A DNA stretch of 54,599 nt. Origin: a virus. Its lineage: Duplodnaviria > Caudoviricetes. Shown one piece after another: positions 37,923 through 46,896 of the stretch (its first letter is position 1; each line of letters starts with the position of its first letter). Made by a program: the position numbers and the translations under genes. Location: positions 1 to 54,599 of IMG/VR virus record IMGVR_UViG_3300032224_000681; one strand, written 5' to 3'. The notes under the pieces are model-generated. The model did no database searches and was not told the origin of the DNA. It was given only the letters and a program-made list of their open reading frames with translations.

Positions 37923-39809
37923 TTAGTGCCTCTTACCCATTACCAACTGCACTAGGTCTTTGGCAATATCCACTAGGTCGCGTGGCTCTGATACTACACG
38001 CATTACCTGTGCTTCGTGACGTACTTCCTTCGTATAACGTTGCCACGCGTCGTAGTCGCGCTCTTTGTACCAATCAAGGTCACCGAGGAAGGCTACGCTA
38101 GTCATAACACCTTCGTTAGATAGTTCTTTAATAATCCTATCGTTCTGTTCGGTCATATCCCATGAGCCGTCGGTTACCACGAATAGAATCTTTACGCCAC
38201 GACGGCTAGTGCGAAGTATGCGTTGCGCTTCTAATAGGGCTTTGTAAGGGTTAGTGCCACCGCTACTCTGAACGTATCGGTACTCTGTTGGCTTTGCTTT
38301 GTCCTCTGCACTATAAATTAGGCGAGAGTCATGGTTAAACTTATAAACGGATACGCGCCCGTTGATACGTTCGATACCGCGCTTGATAGTCCATGCGCTT
38401 TCCATAGTTCTCTGCATTTGCCACGACATGCTACCGCTAGTATCTACTAGGACTACCGCTTCTATGTCGTTGTTGGAGTTACCTTCCGACCACCTGTCGA
38501 ATAGGCGGTTAATATCGTTAATATCTGCCTTCATGGCACGACCTATATTTAACCGACCGCTTTCTACTTCTAACTCCCATGCAGGGTCGTTATCTATGCG
38601 TAGGCGTTCCATAGCCACGGCGAACGCTCTCGCGCTTACCTGCAACTTAGGGCTAACTGTGCTATTGGTATATGAACCCTGCTTAATAGCACTATGAGAG
38701 TTAGAATTACTGCGGATAGCCTTACGGACTTCCTGTGTATCTCGCTTAACGTCGTCACTCTTAATAAGATTATCTAGTGCGTTGTTAATCTTATCTTTAA
38801 GTTCCTTATCATCTGCGCTCTGCTTATCTGATAAGCCTGTTGTATCGTTGTTGTTAGTGTGGTCGGTTGGTTCGTCAAGGTTCTCATTACCTGCGCCACT
38901 ACCATTTTCTTGATTAGTAGCCTTATCTTGTAGTTTCTGTTGTTCCTTGTTACCTTCCATGCGACCTTTATCCATAAGTCCGCGCTCACCATGTCCACCG
39001 CCGTCCTGTGGGATAGGGCTATTACCTTGCGGTTGCTCATCTGTGCCGACTATCTGTGCGAATTGTCGGAGAATATCCAACGCTCTCGCATAGTCGCGTG
39101 GGAATACTAGGGTGCGGTATTCATGGATAATTACGGATAGTAACTGTGCAGTTTCTACACCATGCTTCTTAATAAATCTATCTGCGAGTTCCTGTCGTAA
39201 CTCTATATCTAAATACTTACGTCCTGTAAATAGTGGGAAGTAATCGGCAAACTCATGGGAGTTACCTTTCAGGATATATTCTAGGCAGGAAGCCTCTAGG
39301 AAGGGTGCGGTTGCAGGATACTTAGCGATTAGTAGTCGTTCGATACGGCTATCCTCTAGGATATTGAAGGCTCTACCTAAGCCTTCCTTTCTGATAGTCG
39401 TACCAAACTCACTACCACCACGGGGAGTCCATAGGACATGCGCGACCTCATGGTAGTTGAACCCATGAAGGCTCACGATACTTTCGTCGGTTACGTCCTC
39501 TAGTAGGTGCGCGTTGAACACGATATTCTTGCCGTCGTTATAGGCGGTCGTATCCATGTCGGGGTTATCCTCAACGCGTACTTCTACGGGGTCGCCTGTA
39601 ATAATCCTATCTGCTTTAGAATAGACGATACCAACGCTCTGTAACTTTTCGATATGAGCATTAACTTCGTCGGCTCTCGCTTCGATAGCGTCATAGTCGG
39701 TGACCCAATTACCTTCATCATCACGGCTAGAATAATTACCGCCGTAACGAAGTTCGTTAATAAGGTTATCTAATATGTCGTTCTGATTAGCCTTAGGCAT
39801 TTGCGTCAC
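37923..39809 (-). CDS. vWA-domain protein with N-terminal HEXXH metallopeptidase-like motif (CobT-like architecture)
   Basis: TAYNDG, YHEVAHV, NILEDSRIE; MIDAS DTSGSMS, GGT, VTDG. Confidence 0.85.
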   Translation of the reverse strand: MTQMPKANQNDILDNLINELRYGGNYSSRDDEGNWVTDYDAIEARADEVNAHIEKLQSVGIVYSKADRIITGDPVEVRVEDNPDMDTTAYNDGKNIVFNAHLLEDVTDESIVSLHGFNYHEVAHVLWTPRGGSEFGTTIRKEGLGRAFNILEDSRIERLLIAKYPATAPFLEASCLEYILKGNSHEFADYFPLFTGRKYLDIELRQELADRFIKKHGVETAQLLSVIIHEYRTLVFPRDYARALDILRQFAQIVGTDEQPQGNSPIPQDGGGHGERGLMDKGRMEGNKEQQKLQDKATNQENGSGAGNENLDEPTDHTNNNDTTGLSDKQSADDKELKDKINNALDNLIKSDDVKRDTQEVRKAIRSNSNSHSAIKQGSYTNSTVSPKLQVSARAFAVAMERLRIDNDPAWELEVESGRLNIGRAMKADINDINRLFDRWSEGNSNNDIEAVVLVDTSGSMSWQMQRTMESAWTIKRGIERINGRVSVYKFNHDSRLIYSAEDKAKPTEYRYVQSSGGTNPYKALLEAQRILRTSRRGVKILFVVTDGSWDMTEQNDRIIKELSNEGVMTSVAFLGDLDWYKERDYDAWQRYTKEVRHEAQVMRVVSEPRDLVDIAKDLVQLVMGKRH

Positions 39810-41340
39810 CTTCTGCTAGGACTTCCATAAGCGCATTAAGCGACTTTAGTTCATCATCAAGTGCCTGTACGGCGGTAACGTCGGGGTCGTTAGTGCTAAC
39901 GACGGACTCGTATGAAGCGACCTGTGTGCCTACTTCTGTATTAGCAATAGCCTGTTCTAAATTAGTATTGCCAAACACACTAGCCTTATTAGTAACTTCT
40001 AGTCCTAGTTCCTCTGCGATATTGTCGCGGTGGGTATTGACGACTAGGCGAACGCTATTGCGTTCCTCATCACCCTCAAACGAATTAACGTAAGTGTAGG
40101 TAGCGAAGTCCATGCCAAACTGCTTTGCATGCTTTACGAACGCTACGAGTGAGCGAGTAGATACGGGGGTCAATAACGTACCCTTATTAAACTCATCACG
40201 AAGTAGGTTAGCCATATCTACTAGGGCTTTGTTACCGAGTAACTTCTGTTCGATAGGCTTATCGTATGGGAAGGATAGGCGTACTGCGAAGCGGTCGGCT
40301 AGTGCCTGATTAAGCGGACGTGTGCCACGATAGTCGGGGTTCATGTCTGCCACGATTAGTAGGTCGGGGTGAGCCTTGATAACTTCCCCACCATTTTCCA
40401 TAAGTTGTATCTCACGGCGGTAATCTAATAGGCTAAAGATAAAGGTAAGGAATCTTTCGGGTGCGAAGTTAATTTCGTTAAATAGTAGTACGCCACCATT
40501 ACGGACAATTTCTGTAACTGCGCCGTCCTGCCAACGGAAGTGACCTTCGGGGGTTGGAATCCAACGACCGATAAGGTGGGAAGCCTCTAGTCCAATATGG
40601 CATGCCACGTTGAAGTAGCGCATGCCACGGGCAGACGCATAAGCCTGAACGCTCATAGTCTTACCTGACCCTGCGTGACCTTCGATAAGGATATTCATAT
40701 CGTTGGCGTTGGCGTAGTCATATACCTCAAAGTCGGTGAGGTTACCCACGACCTTGCGGTTGATATATTCCTTAGCCCACTTCTTGTCGGGTACGGATAC
40801 CATAGCCGTAACTAGGCTATTAGATAGGTTGGCATTGTTAATAGTCGTAGTAGATACGACGGGTACTTCGATAACCTTAGTAGCGACCTCTGTTTCTACT
40901 GCCTTTGCGATAGGCTTAATAGATACACCGCCTGTACGACGCTTATCTGTAATGAAGTCGGCAAGGGTATTGTCGCCTTCCTCTAGGCGTGTAATAAGAC
41001 TATCTACTGCCTCATTGTGTGCCATTGGCGCGGTTGCTTCGGGTGCGCTTTCTAACGCATATAGGGCTTTGATACCGATATTGGTAATTTGCCCAAACTT
41101 CATCATTTCAATATCCCTATCTGATAGGACTACGGCGCATGGCGCGTGGCTAATATCGGTGGTTGGGATAGTGCTATCTGTAAGTCGTTGCCATGATTGA
41201 CCGCGACCCTTCTGTCCATTGGATACGCGGTGGTATCCAATAACCTCTGTATCTGTACCGATAATGAGAGTCTGCGCCTGTGCAGGTACTCCTTCTAGTT
41301 CGGCGTTAGACACTACGAGTAGTGCTAGATTTGTATTCAT
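39793..41340 (-). CDS. MoxR-type AAA+ ATPase (CbbQ/NirQ/CobS-like)
   Basis: GHAGSGKT, WQDGAVT, LLFNEIN, MNPDYRGTRPLNQALADRF, STRSL. Confidence 0.9.
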   Translation of the reverse strand: MNTNLALLVVSNAELEGVPAQAQTLIIGTDTEVIGYHRVSNGQKGRGQSWQRLTDSTIPTTDISHAPCAVVLSDRDIEMMKFGQITNIGIKALYALESAPEATAPMAHNEAVDSLITRLEEGDNTLADFITDKRRTGGVSIKPIAKAVETEVATKVIEVPVVSTTTINNANLSNSLVTAMVSVPDKKWAKEYINRKVVGNLTDFEVYDYANANDMNILIEGHAGSGKTMSVQAYASARGMRYFNVACHIGLEASHLIGRWIPTPEGHFRWQDGAVTEIVRNGGVLLFNEINFAPERFLTFIFSLLDYRREIQLMENGGEVIKAHPDLLIVADMNPDYRGTRPLNQALADRFAVRLSFPYDKPIEQKLLGNKALVDMANLLRDEFNKGTLLTPVSTRSLVAFVKHAKQFGMDFATYTYVNSFEGDEERNSVRLVVNTHRDNIAEELGLEVTNKASVFGNTNLEQAIANTEVGTQVASYESVVSTNDPDVTAVQALDDELKSLNALMEVLAEGDANA

Positions 41341-41438
41341 GTTGCCCTTCGGTGCGGTAACGGAAAACGCTTTATTACGTTCTCTCTATGGCAGATACTA
41401 GGGCATAATCTCTCTATATTAAAGACGGCTCTCTAATC

Positions 41439-41458
41439 TGTTCACCTAGTTATCCACA
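41439..41458 (-). promoter_or_regulatory. Element copy 1: DnaA box (41450-41458) with TGTTCAC flank
   Basis: TGTTCACCTAGTTATCCACA; associated -10 unclear. Confidence 0.8.
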
Positions 41459-41594
41459 ACCCCCCTCTCTCTACGGCTGAACAACCTATGAACAACTTAT
41501 CATCATAATAAGCCTATCCCATAGCCGTACATCTGGTCGTATCCCTACACACCTCATAAGCCTATTAGACAGTAGCCGAGGTGGCTCTCTCATC

Positions 41595-41857
41595 TCTCAT
41601 TATCATGGCTCTCTCTGCTAGTCAAATCTTTGTTAACCGAGTTATCCACAGGCGCGGCGGGTTTGTGTTGGGCAATAGCCTACGGCTTATTGCCCAACAA
41701 TGAAATGAGCCCTTTTTTAATATAAAAAAGGCTCAAAAAGGGTGGGTTAGTGAATAATGTATAATTGAATACATTATGAACGATGGGTGGGCCAACACAA
41801 ACATCCAGGCCCGCGGCATGAGAAAGCCCCTTGCTAGTCCAAATAGCAAGGGGCTTT
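41595..41857 (-). repeat. Element copy 2: promoter, DnaA box (41642-41650), multi-branched inverted repeat (41661-41802), terminator (41822-41857)
   Basis: TTGACT -35; TGTTAACCGAGTTATCCACAGG; GTTTGTGTTGG/CCAACACAAAC enclosing three hairpins. Confidence 0.85.
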
Positions 41858-41911
41858 GGTGGTATCACCCGAAGGGGACGGAGATACTACAACCTAGTAC
41901 CACCACTAGGA

Positions 41912-42316
41912 TTATGATAGACCCATTTTCTTCTGTATTTCTATTGCTAGGTCTAAATCTATGGGTTTGATAGTCTTATCTGAGTAGTCCTCGCCGTACT
42001 GATAGGTCTTGTTATCTTGTACGCTTATTAGATACATAGCACCTAGGCACTCCATACTCCAATTAGCGTCGTTCCAATCCCTATCCTCAGGTGTGAGGTT
42101 CATGTATTCGCGGATTAGCACTCCGTCGGGGTCTTTCTCCTCGTCCCACTCTGCGTCCTCGTCCCATGAGAAGTACAACGCATGAGCCTCTGCCATGTGT
42201 TCTGCCTCATCTGATGAGTTAGCCGTGCCGTGTGCGATACAGGAATCGCAATACCATATCCACCCACTAATAGTGCTACTACATGTGTTTGGGGTAATCA
42301 GGTCTTTAATTTGCAT
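41912..42316 (-). CDS. Hypothetical protein
   Basis: AGGAG RBS; CDSC..H. Confidence 0.7.
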   Translation of the reverse strand: MQIKDLITPNTCSSTISGWIWYCDSCIAHGTANSSDEAEHMAEAHALYFSWDEDAEWDEEKDPDGVLIREYMNLTPEDRDWNDANWSMECLGAMYLISVQDNKTYQYGEDYSDKTIKPIDLDLAIEIQKKMGLS

Positions 42317-42485
42317 TGGTGGTCTCCTCTACCTCTGTACATTGGGCTATCTTACTAATATCAAAACCATACTGTTCTAGTAGGTTCTCAATCGCGTATT
42401 CCACCGCGTCGTCCTCATCTACGGCGTTAATAGTCGTATGAAGTGTGAAGTAGTCAGCCACAAAGGTTACGTTCCAGTATTTCAT
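42306..42485 (-). CDS. Hypothetical acidic protein
   Basis: Start reassigned to MKYWNV (ATGA coupling). Confidence 0.65.
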   Translation of the reverse strand: MKYWNVTFVADYFTLHTTINAVDEDDAVEYAIENLLEQYGFDISKIAQCTEVEETTNAN

Positions 42486-42706
42486 TGTGCCACTTCTAAC
42501 ATCATATATGACCAACCCTCATTGGATTTCTCCATTACGGGCTTAATGCTATCTAATAGGGTTGATTTACCCGCCTCTACCATAGCCTCATTGGGGATAC
42601 CGCTAGTTACATACTCTAGATACTTGTGTTCCTCAATACATACATTGAACTGTACTGTGAAGGGTACTTCTACCAGTTTTACGCCGTTAATAACCTTAGT
42701 CGTCAT
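42482..42706 (-). CDS. Hypothetical protein
   Basis: Coupled ORF. Confidence 0.65.
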   Translation of the reverse strand: MTTKVINGVKLVEVPFTVQFNVCIEEHKYLEYVTSGIPNEAMVEAGKSTLLDSIKPVMEKSNEGWSYMMLEVAQ

Positions 42707-43208
42707 TTTTCACCATTTGTTCTAGTAAATCCTCTAGCCCTGCGTCTAGTAGAAAGATTGGGTCGAACTTCTGTGCCTTTGCCTCTACCGAAGCGTTAGG
42801 ACGGAATATGAGTGGTAGGTCGTCAGGTACTTCTACGTCCATAACTGCCAACATCTTACCTAACCCACCTAATAGCATTAGCATTGGTGTTAGAGCACCG
42901 CTAGCCCATGCGATATGGATTGCTAGGGTTATTGCACCCAAGTCGTCGTCATTGACCTGTTCGTCAGCGTCATGCTTGTTTCTGCAAGACTCGAAGCCTG
43001 TATTGGCGAGCGCGTTAATAAGGTTACCACGGAAGTCGTCGTCCTCTCTCATAGCCTGTGCCATGATAGCGGTCTTTAGATTGCCGTCTGATAAGCCTAG
43101 TGTGCCGTTAGGAAACATAGGCTCGTAACTCTCGTCCTCAAAATCAGGAAGTAGTTCGATTGTCGTCATTAACTCTGTAAAACGCGCTTTGCGTTCTGTG
43201 CTGTCCAT
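42696..43208 (-). CDS. Hypothetical acidic protein
   Basis: Start reassigned to MDSTERK after AAGGAG; the listed upstream start lies inside the promoter. Confidence 0.75.
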   Translation of the reverse strand: MDSTERKARFTELMTTIELLPDFEDESYEPMFPNGTLGLSDGNLKTAIMAQAMREDDDFRGNLINALANTGFESCRNKHDADEQVNDDDLGAITLAIHIAWASGALTPMLMLLGGLGKMLAVMDVEVPDDLPLIFRPNASVEAKAQKFDPIFLLDAGLEDLLEQMVKNDD

Positions 43209-43236
43209 AGTATCTCCTTTACTAAGTAACGGCGTA

Positions 43237-43428
43237 ACTATAATCCTCTCCCCCTCTCTCACCTAATATCTGTTCATGTAGTTATCCACAGGTGTTTGTG
43301 TTGGGGCTATTAGATGGCGCTTTGATAGATAAATCTATCAAAGCAATAAAAGCTTTAAATAGCCATCTAATAGCCCCAACACAAACTTTTACGGCATGAA
43401 AAAACCCCCGCCTTGCGGCGGGGGCTTC
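43237..43428 (-). repeat. Element copy 3: -10 TATAGT, DnaA box (43282-43290), 25-bp inverted repeat (43294-43318/43362-43386), terminator
   Basis: GTTTGTGTTGGGGCTATTAGATGGC and its exact reverse complement; stem CCCCCGCC/GGCGGGGG. Confidence 0.9.
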
Positions 43429-43444
43429 CTAGTAGGGGTATCTA

Positions 43445-43930
43445 CTAAGCCTCGTAAATCTCGACCTCGAGGTTATCATTTAGGAAATCATCTAAATCCC
43501 ATGTACCCACACGGAATGATGCGGAGTCATTTAAGACCGATAGGTCACCGCGAACTTCGATATCGTTGAAAGAGATATCGTCTAGAACCTGTTGCTTTGC
43601 GGCTTCTTCATCATCAGCCTCGATGTCATCAAGTTCAAGTACAACTTCACCCAAGAGGCTAACCTCTGCGCGAAATCGTGTGATAAGGTCGCTAGCCTCG
43701 GCTGTCTCCCAACCGCATGCAATCGCAATCTTATTAAATAGGTCAAGCGCGTCTTCTTCGGTCATTGAGGTACGAGCCTCGACTTTGAAGATATTAAGGA
43801 CATCTGCGCGGTTTTCTGCGCGGAGTGAATTACGTGCCATTTCTATAGCACGTGAGCGTTCTTCCTCTATGCGGGGAGCAATGTCGCTCTCCTCATAGTA
43901 GGTTATGTCGTTGAGTGTGAACATACCCAT
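43445..43930 (-). CDS. Hypothetical acidic protein
   Basis: Single-gene unit between two element copies. Confidence 0.75.
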   Translation of the reverse strand: MGMFTLNDITYYEESDIAPRIEEERSRAIEMARNSLRAENRADVLNIFKVEARTSMTEEDALDLFNKIAIACGWETAEASDLITRFRAEVSLLGEVVLELDDIEADDEEAAKQQVLDDISFNDIEVRGDLSVLNDSASFRVGTWDLDDFLNDNLEVEIYEA

Positions 43931-43969
43931 TCTTTCTCTTTTATAAGCACCCCTTGTGCTTATGGGATA

Positions 43970-44147
43970 AGAGTATTGGTTACTCGTCAGTAACTAAAAC
44001 TCTTGTTTACCTAGTTATCCACAGCCCCGTGTTTGTGTTGGGCTTGGGTATAAATAAGAGAGGCATTAATACATAGCTTTTAAATATACCCATCCCCAAG
44101 CCCAACACAAACAAATTAGCCCCCCGACTCCACTTCGGGGGGCTAAT
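43970..44147 (-). repeat. Element copy 4: -10 TACTCT, DnaA box (44015-44023), 19-bp inverted repeat (44030-44048/44095-44113), terminator
   Basis: TGTTTGTGTTGGGCTTGGG and its exact reverse complement; ATTAGCCCCCCGA/TCGGGGGGCTAAT. Confidence 0.9.
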
Positions 44148-44210
44148 CTGAGAACGGACTGTATGTCAACACAGTAAGCCTTTTATACTCATGCTCAGGA
44201 GTTAATAGTC

Positions 44211-44690
44211 TTACCAAGACGACTGATAGTAGAAACTCAAGTCGTCGATATTAGGCAAGGCAAGTATGCGGTCAATCTGTTTGATAGTGCTTTTTAGCCC
44301 GTTCCAATACCACTCGTCAATATCTGTAGTACCAAAGAAAAACCCTTCCATAGGCTTGATTAGCAGAGGATTTTTATGAAAGATAGCCTGACGGCATGCT
44401 TCACGCAATTCCTCTAACTTAGCCTTAGAAACGTAGTAGTTACCGCAATCGTCGTTGCCACCCTGAACGTTCTGTACGAACCAACCATGAACGGCGTTGA
44501 CCTTACGCCAGTAGGCGCAGGTAACTGAAACCTCTGCCCCATAGATGTCTGTATGGACTGCTTCTAAGCCAGCCTCTGTAACAACCTTATCAAATTGTTC
44601 CATAGTAACCCAAGCGTCGCTATCGCCCTTTGCGTTGTAGTCAATCTTGTTGATGTAAGTTGTTGCCCTTAGATACATATCTAGACCCAT
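44211..44690 (-). CDS. Conserved phage protein (MGLDMYL...YWRK.N..HGWF...YYQSSW type), function unknown
   Basis: Recognisable motif family; AGGGG RBS. Confidence 0.75.
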   Translation of the reverse strand: MGLDMYLRATTYINKIDYNAKGDSDAWVTMEQFDKVVTEAGLEAVHTDIYGAEVSVTCAYWRKVNAVHGWFVQNVQGGNDDCGNYYVSKAKLEELREACRQAIFHKNPLLIKPMEGFFFGTTDIDEWYWNGLKSTIKQIDRILALPNIDDLSFYYQSSW

Positions 44691-44737
44691 GTGATACCCC
44701 TTTGGTAGTTAAATCTCTCGCTCGGTGCGAGCCCCCA

Positions 44738-44920
44738 AGTATAATCACACATCTAATTCTCTTACCATATTCTGTTAACCCAGTTATCCACAGGCGAATG
44801 TTTGTGTTGGGTTGTTTGGATAATGGCTGATTTTGAGAGAATAAGCTTTCCCTATTTATTAACTACTAGCCAAACAACCCAACACAAACAAAAAAGCTCC
44901 GCACCTTTCGGTGCGGAGCC
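44738..44920 (-). repeat. Element copy 5: -10 TATACT, DnaA box (44784-44792), 21-bp inverted repeat (44799-44819/44870-44890), terminator
   Basis: TGTTTGTGTTGGGTTGTTTGG and its exact reverse complement; GCTCCGCACC/GGTGCGGAGC. Confidence 0.9.
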
Positions 44921-44935
44921 TTCTTGCTAGGCTTG

Positions 44936-45943
44936 CTAGACCCCAGCGTACTCGCGGACGGCGCGTAGGATACGAGCCTTCTCAGCGTTCACAGTAGGGT
45001 CGAAACCAGCAGCAGCGCCAACGATAGCCTCGTTATTGCTTGTACGACCAGCGCGGAAATAATCCAAGCGCTCAGTCAGTGCGTTAAGGGCGCCCCAGTA
45101 ATTGCCCTTGATATTGGTCTGGGTAGGGGACTGGAAATAAATATCATCCAGTAGGTCGCGCTTGGCTTGCCACTTGGTAAGTGACTGAGGCGCTGATTGT
45201 GCGTCAGGCTTAGGATAAATTGCGTTCACCAATTTATCCCATGCAACTGAGTCCATAGAGGACTGGAAAAGGTCTTTCGCAATGGTCTCGAAAGTGTCCA
45301 TGTGATTGAAAGTAAGCCCAAGAACGCGACGAGCCTCAGCGGTACGCTCGCCAGCCTTGAGAGTATGGCGCAACTTGAAAGATTGCTTAACGCCCTTGAG
45401 CGCCATATTGAGAGTGTTTTGGCAGACTACGCGAACTGGCGTAATCGACGCGGTAACACTGGCAGACCCGTCGTGTGAAGATGAGACGAGCAGATATGTA
45501 ATGGTCTTATCGTTCGCACCCTTAGGGTCGAGGATAAACTCACGAGGTACGACGAGGGAGCCGAAAACTACCTTGCCGTTTTTAATAGAGCCAGCAGATT
45601 CCCATGAGGCACCGCCGTCGAGGATATTGTCCCCGAACGCGAATAAATCCTCGTTTTGGAATACGCGATAGCGCTTACCAACGACCGCAAGGACATCCTT
45701 GCCAGCGTCGAATGGATTGGTGCGTGTGACCATGAATAGGTCAGTGGATGAGCGGTAATCCGCTGGATACTGGACAGGCTCGAGGTCTACACCCCAGCCA
45801 GCCAATTTGGCACTTTCCAGCATGTCGCTAGTAGAGACATGCTCGTCAATGCCGAAAGTACGATTAGCCAACTTATGCCATGCGGGCGCACCGCGCAAAG
45901 CAAAAGCCACCTCACCGTTTTGAACCTCGAGCGCATGAGCCAC
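44936..45943 (-). CDS. DUF932-family phage/plasmid protein
   Basis: MAH..AWH.L, VGKRY..QNEDLF, SAGSI, SSHDGS, TPVRVVCQNTL, WGALNALTE. Confidence 0.88.
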   Translation of the reverse strand: MAHALEVQNGEVAFALRGAPAWHKLANRTFGIDEHVSTSDMLESAKLAGWGVDLEPVQYPADYRSSTDLFMVTRTNPFDAGKDVLAVVGKRYRVFQNEDLFAFGDNILDGGASWESAGSIKNGKVVFGSLVVPREFILDPKGANDKTITYLLVSSSHDGSASVTASITPVRVVCQNTLNMALKGVKQSFKLRHTLKAGERTAEARRVLGLTFNHMDTFETIAKDLFQSSMDSVAWDKLVNAIYPKPDAQSAPQSLTKWQAKRDLLDDIYFQSPTQTNIKGNYWGALNALTERLDYFRAGRTSNNEAIVGAAAGFDPTVNAEKARILRAVREYAGV

Positions 45944-45990
45944 GAGAGTCCCCCTTCGGTAAATAACGCGAGACCTTCTCGCGTGTGCAT

Positions 45991-46175
45991 ATCTTAACCC
46001 TATCTCTCGTCTCTTATAATAATCTTGTTAACCTACTTATCCACAGGGCGCCGATTGTTTGTGTTGGGCTTGTTGCTAGTAGTTAAAGAAAGAAAGAAAG
46101 CTATTCCACTCAACATCAACCATTAACAACAAGCCCAACACAAACAAATAGCCCCAGCCGATTGGCTGGGGCTAT
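45991..46175 (-). repeat. Element copy 6: -10 TAAGAT, DnaA box (46037-46045), 21-bp inverted repeat (46055-46075/46127-46147), terminator
   Basis: TTGTTTGTGTTGGGCTTGTTG and its exact reverse complement; ATAGCCCCAGCC/GGCTGGGGCTAT. Confidence 0.9.
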
Positions 46176-46202
46176 GTTTTTTACACGGGGGGTGTAAAAC
46201 CC

Positions 46203-46604
46203 TTAGACGAGAGGCTCGTCAATTTTGAACAGGTCGCGTAGCGCCTGAAGTTGCTTTTGGTACTTGCGGGCTTGCGCCTTGTAGTTATCGCGTTCAGCGA
46301 TTAGGTCGGCTATCATTTTATCGACAGTACCGATTGCGCCTTCTTGCTTAGCCTTTTTGGTCTTATACTTACCGCGTGTCTTAGGCTTAGCATTAGCAGG
46401 ATTGTGTGTGCCTACGTGAATAGACATTTGTGGACGTGAGAGCGTTTGCTCACCACATGTGAGGCAACCATAACTGACTAGAATGTTGTTGCTTTCTTCT
46501 AGCCATGTTAATTCAACCATATTGTTGAAGAATGTACCTGCTCGCATTGGATTAGGTACAGTATTGCGCTCGCATAGAATTGCGTTTTTGCGTGTGAATT
46601 GCAT
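46203..46604 (-). CDS. C2H2-like zinc-finger plus coiled-coil protein
   Basis: CLTC-x12-HVGTH, basic linker, C-terminal heptads; start reassigned to MQFTRK. Confidence 0.7.
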   Translation of the reverse strand: MQFTRKNAILCERNTVPNPMRAGTFFNNMVELTWLEESNNILVSYGCLTCGEQTLSRPQMSIHVGTHNPANAKPKTRGKYKTKKAKQEGAIGTVDKMIADLIAERDNYKAQARKYQKQLQALRDLFKIDEPLV

Positions 46605-46709
46605 ATTATCACCCCCCTGTTGCACTAGAGTTTCTCCCTTAGGAGTTCGACGTATCTCGTCATGGTAGTTCTCCTATCTATCTAGATGAGCCGTGTTGCT
46701 CATGTGAGT

Positions 46710-46884
46710 ACTATAACCATAAATCCTAAATCTTATTCCCCCCTTGTTCATCTAGTTATCCACAGGCAGGAGTTTGTGTTGGGGCGTGTGTATATATAAA
46801 GAAGCTTTTAAGCCATACATACATACACACCCACACGCCCCAACACAAACAAGAAAGCCCCCTGTGACGGCAGGGGGCTTCTTG
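46710..46884 (-). repeat. Element copy 7: -10 TATAGT, DnaA box (46756-46764), 19-bp inverted repeat (46772-46790/46832-46850), terminator
   Basis: GTTTGTGTTGGGGCGTGTG and its exact reverse complement; AAGCCCCCTG/CAGGGGGCTT. Confidence 0.9.
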
Positions 46885-46896
46885 CAGGGGGTTTAG

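Noticed and set aside
41750-41780. Resemblance of ATAATGTATA to an Xer dif site
   Set aside because: No XerD arm (TTATGTTAAA-like); the sequence is explained as a local hairpin.
41661-46850. Integron attC sites (some arms contain GTTGGGC and GCCCAAC)
   Set aside because: The order is GTTRRRY first and RYYYAAC last, the reverse of attC. The stems lack the extrahelical bases, the cassettes have their own promoters, and no integrase is in the window.
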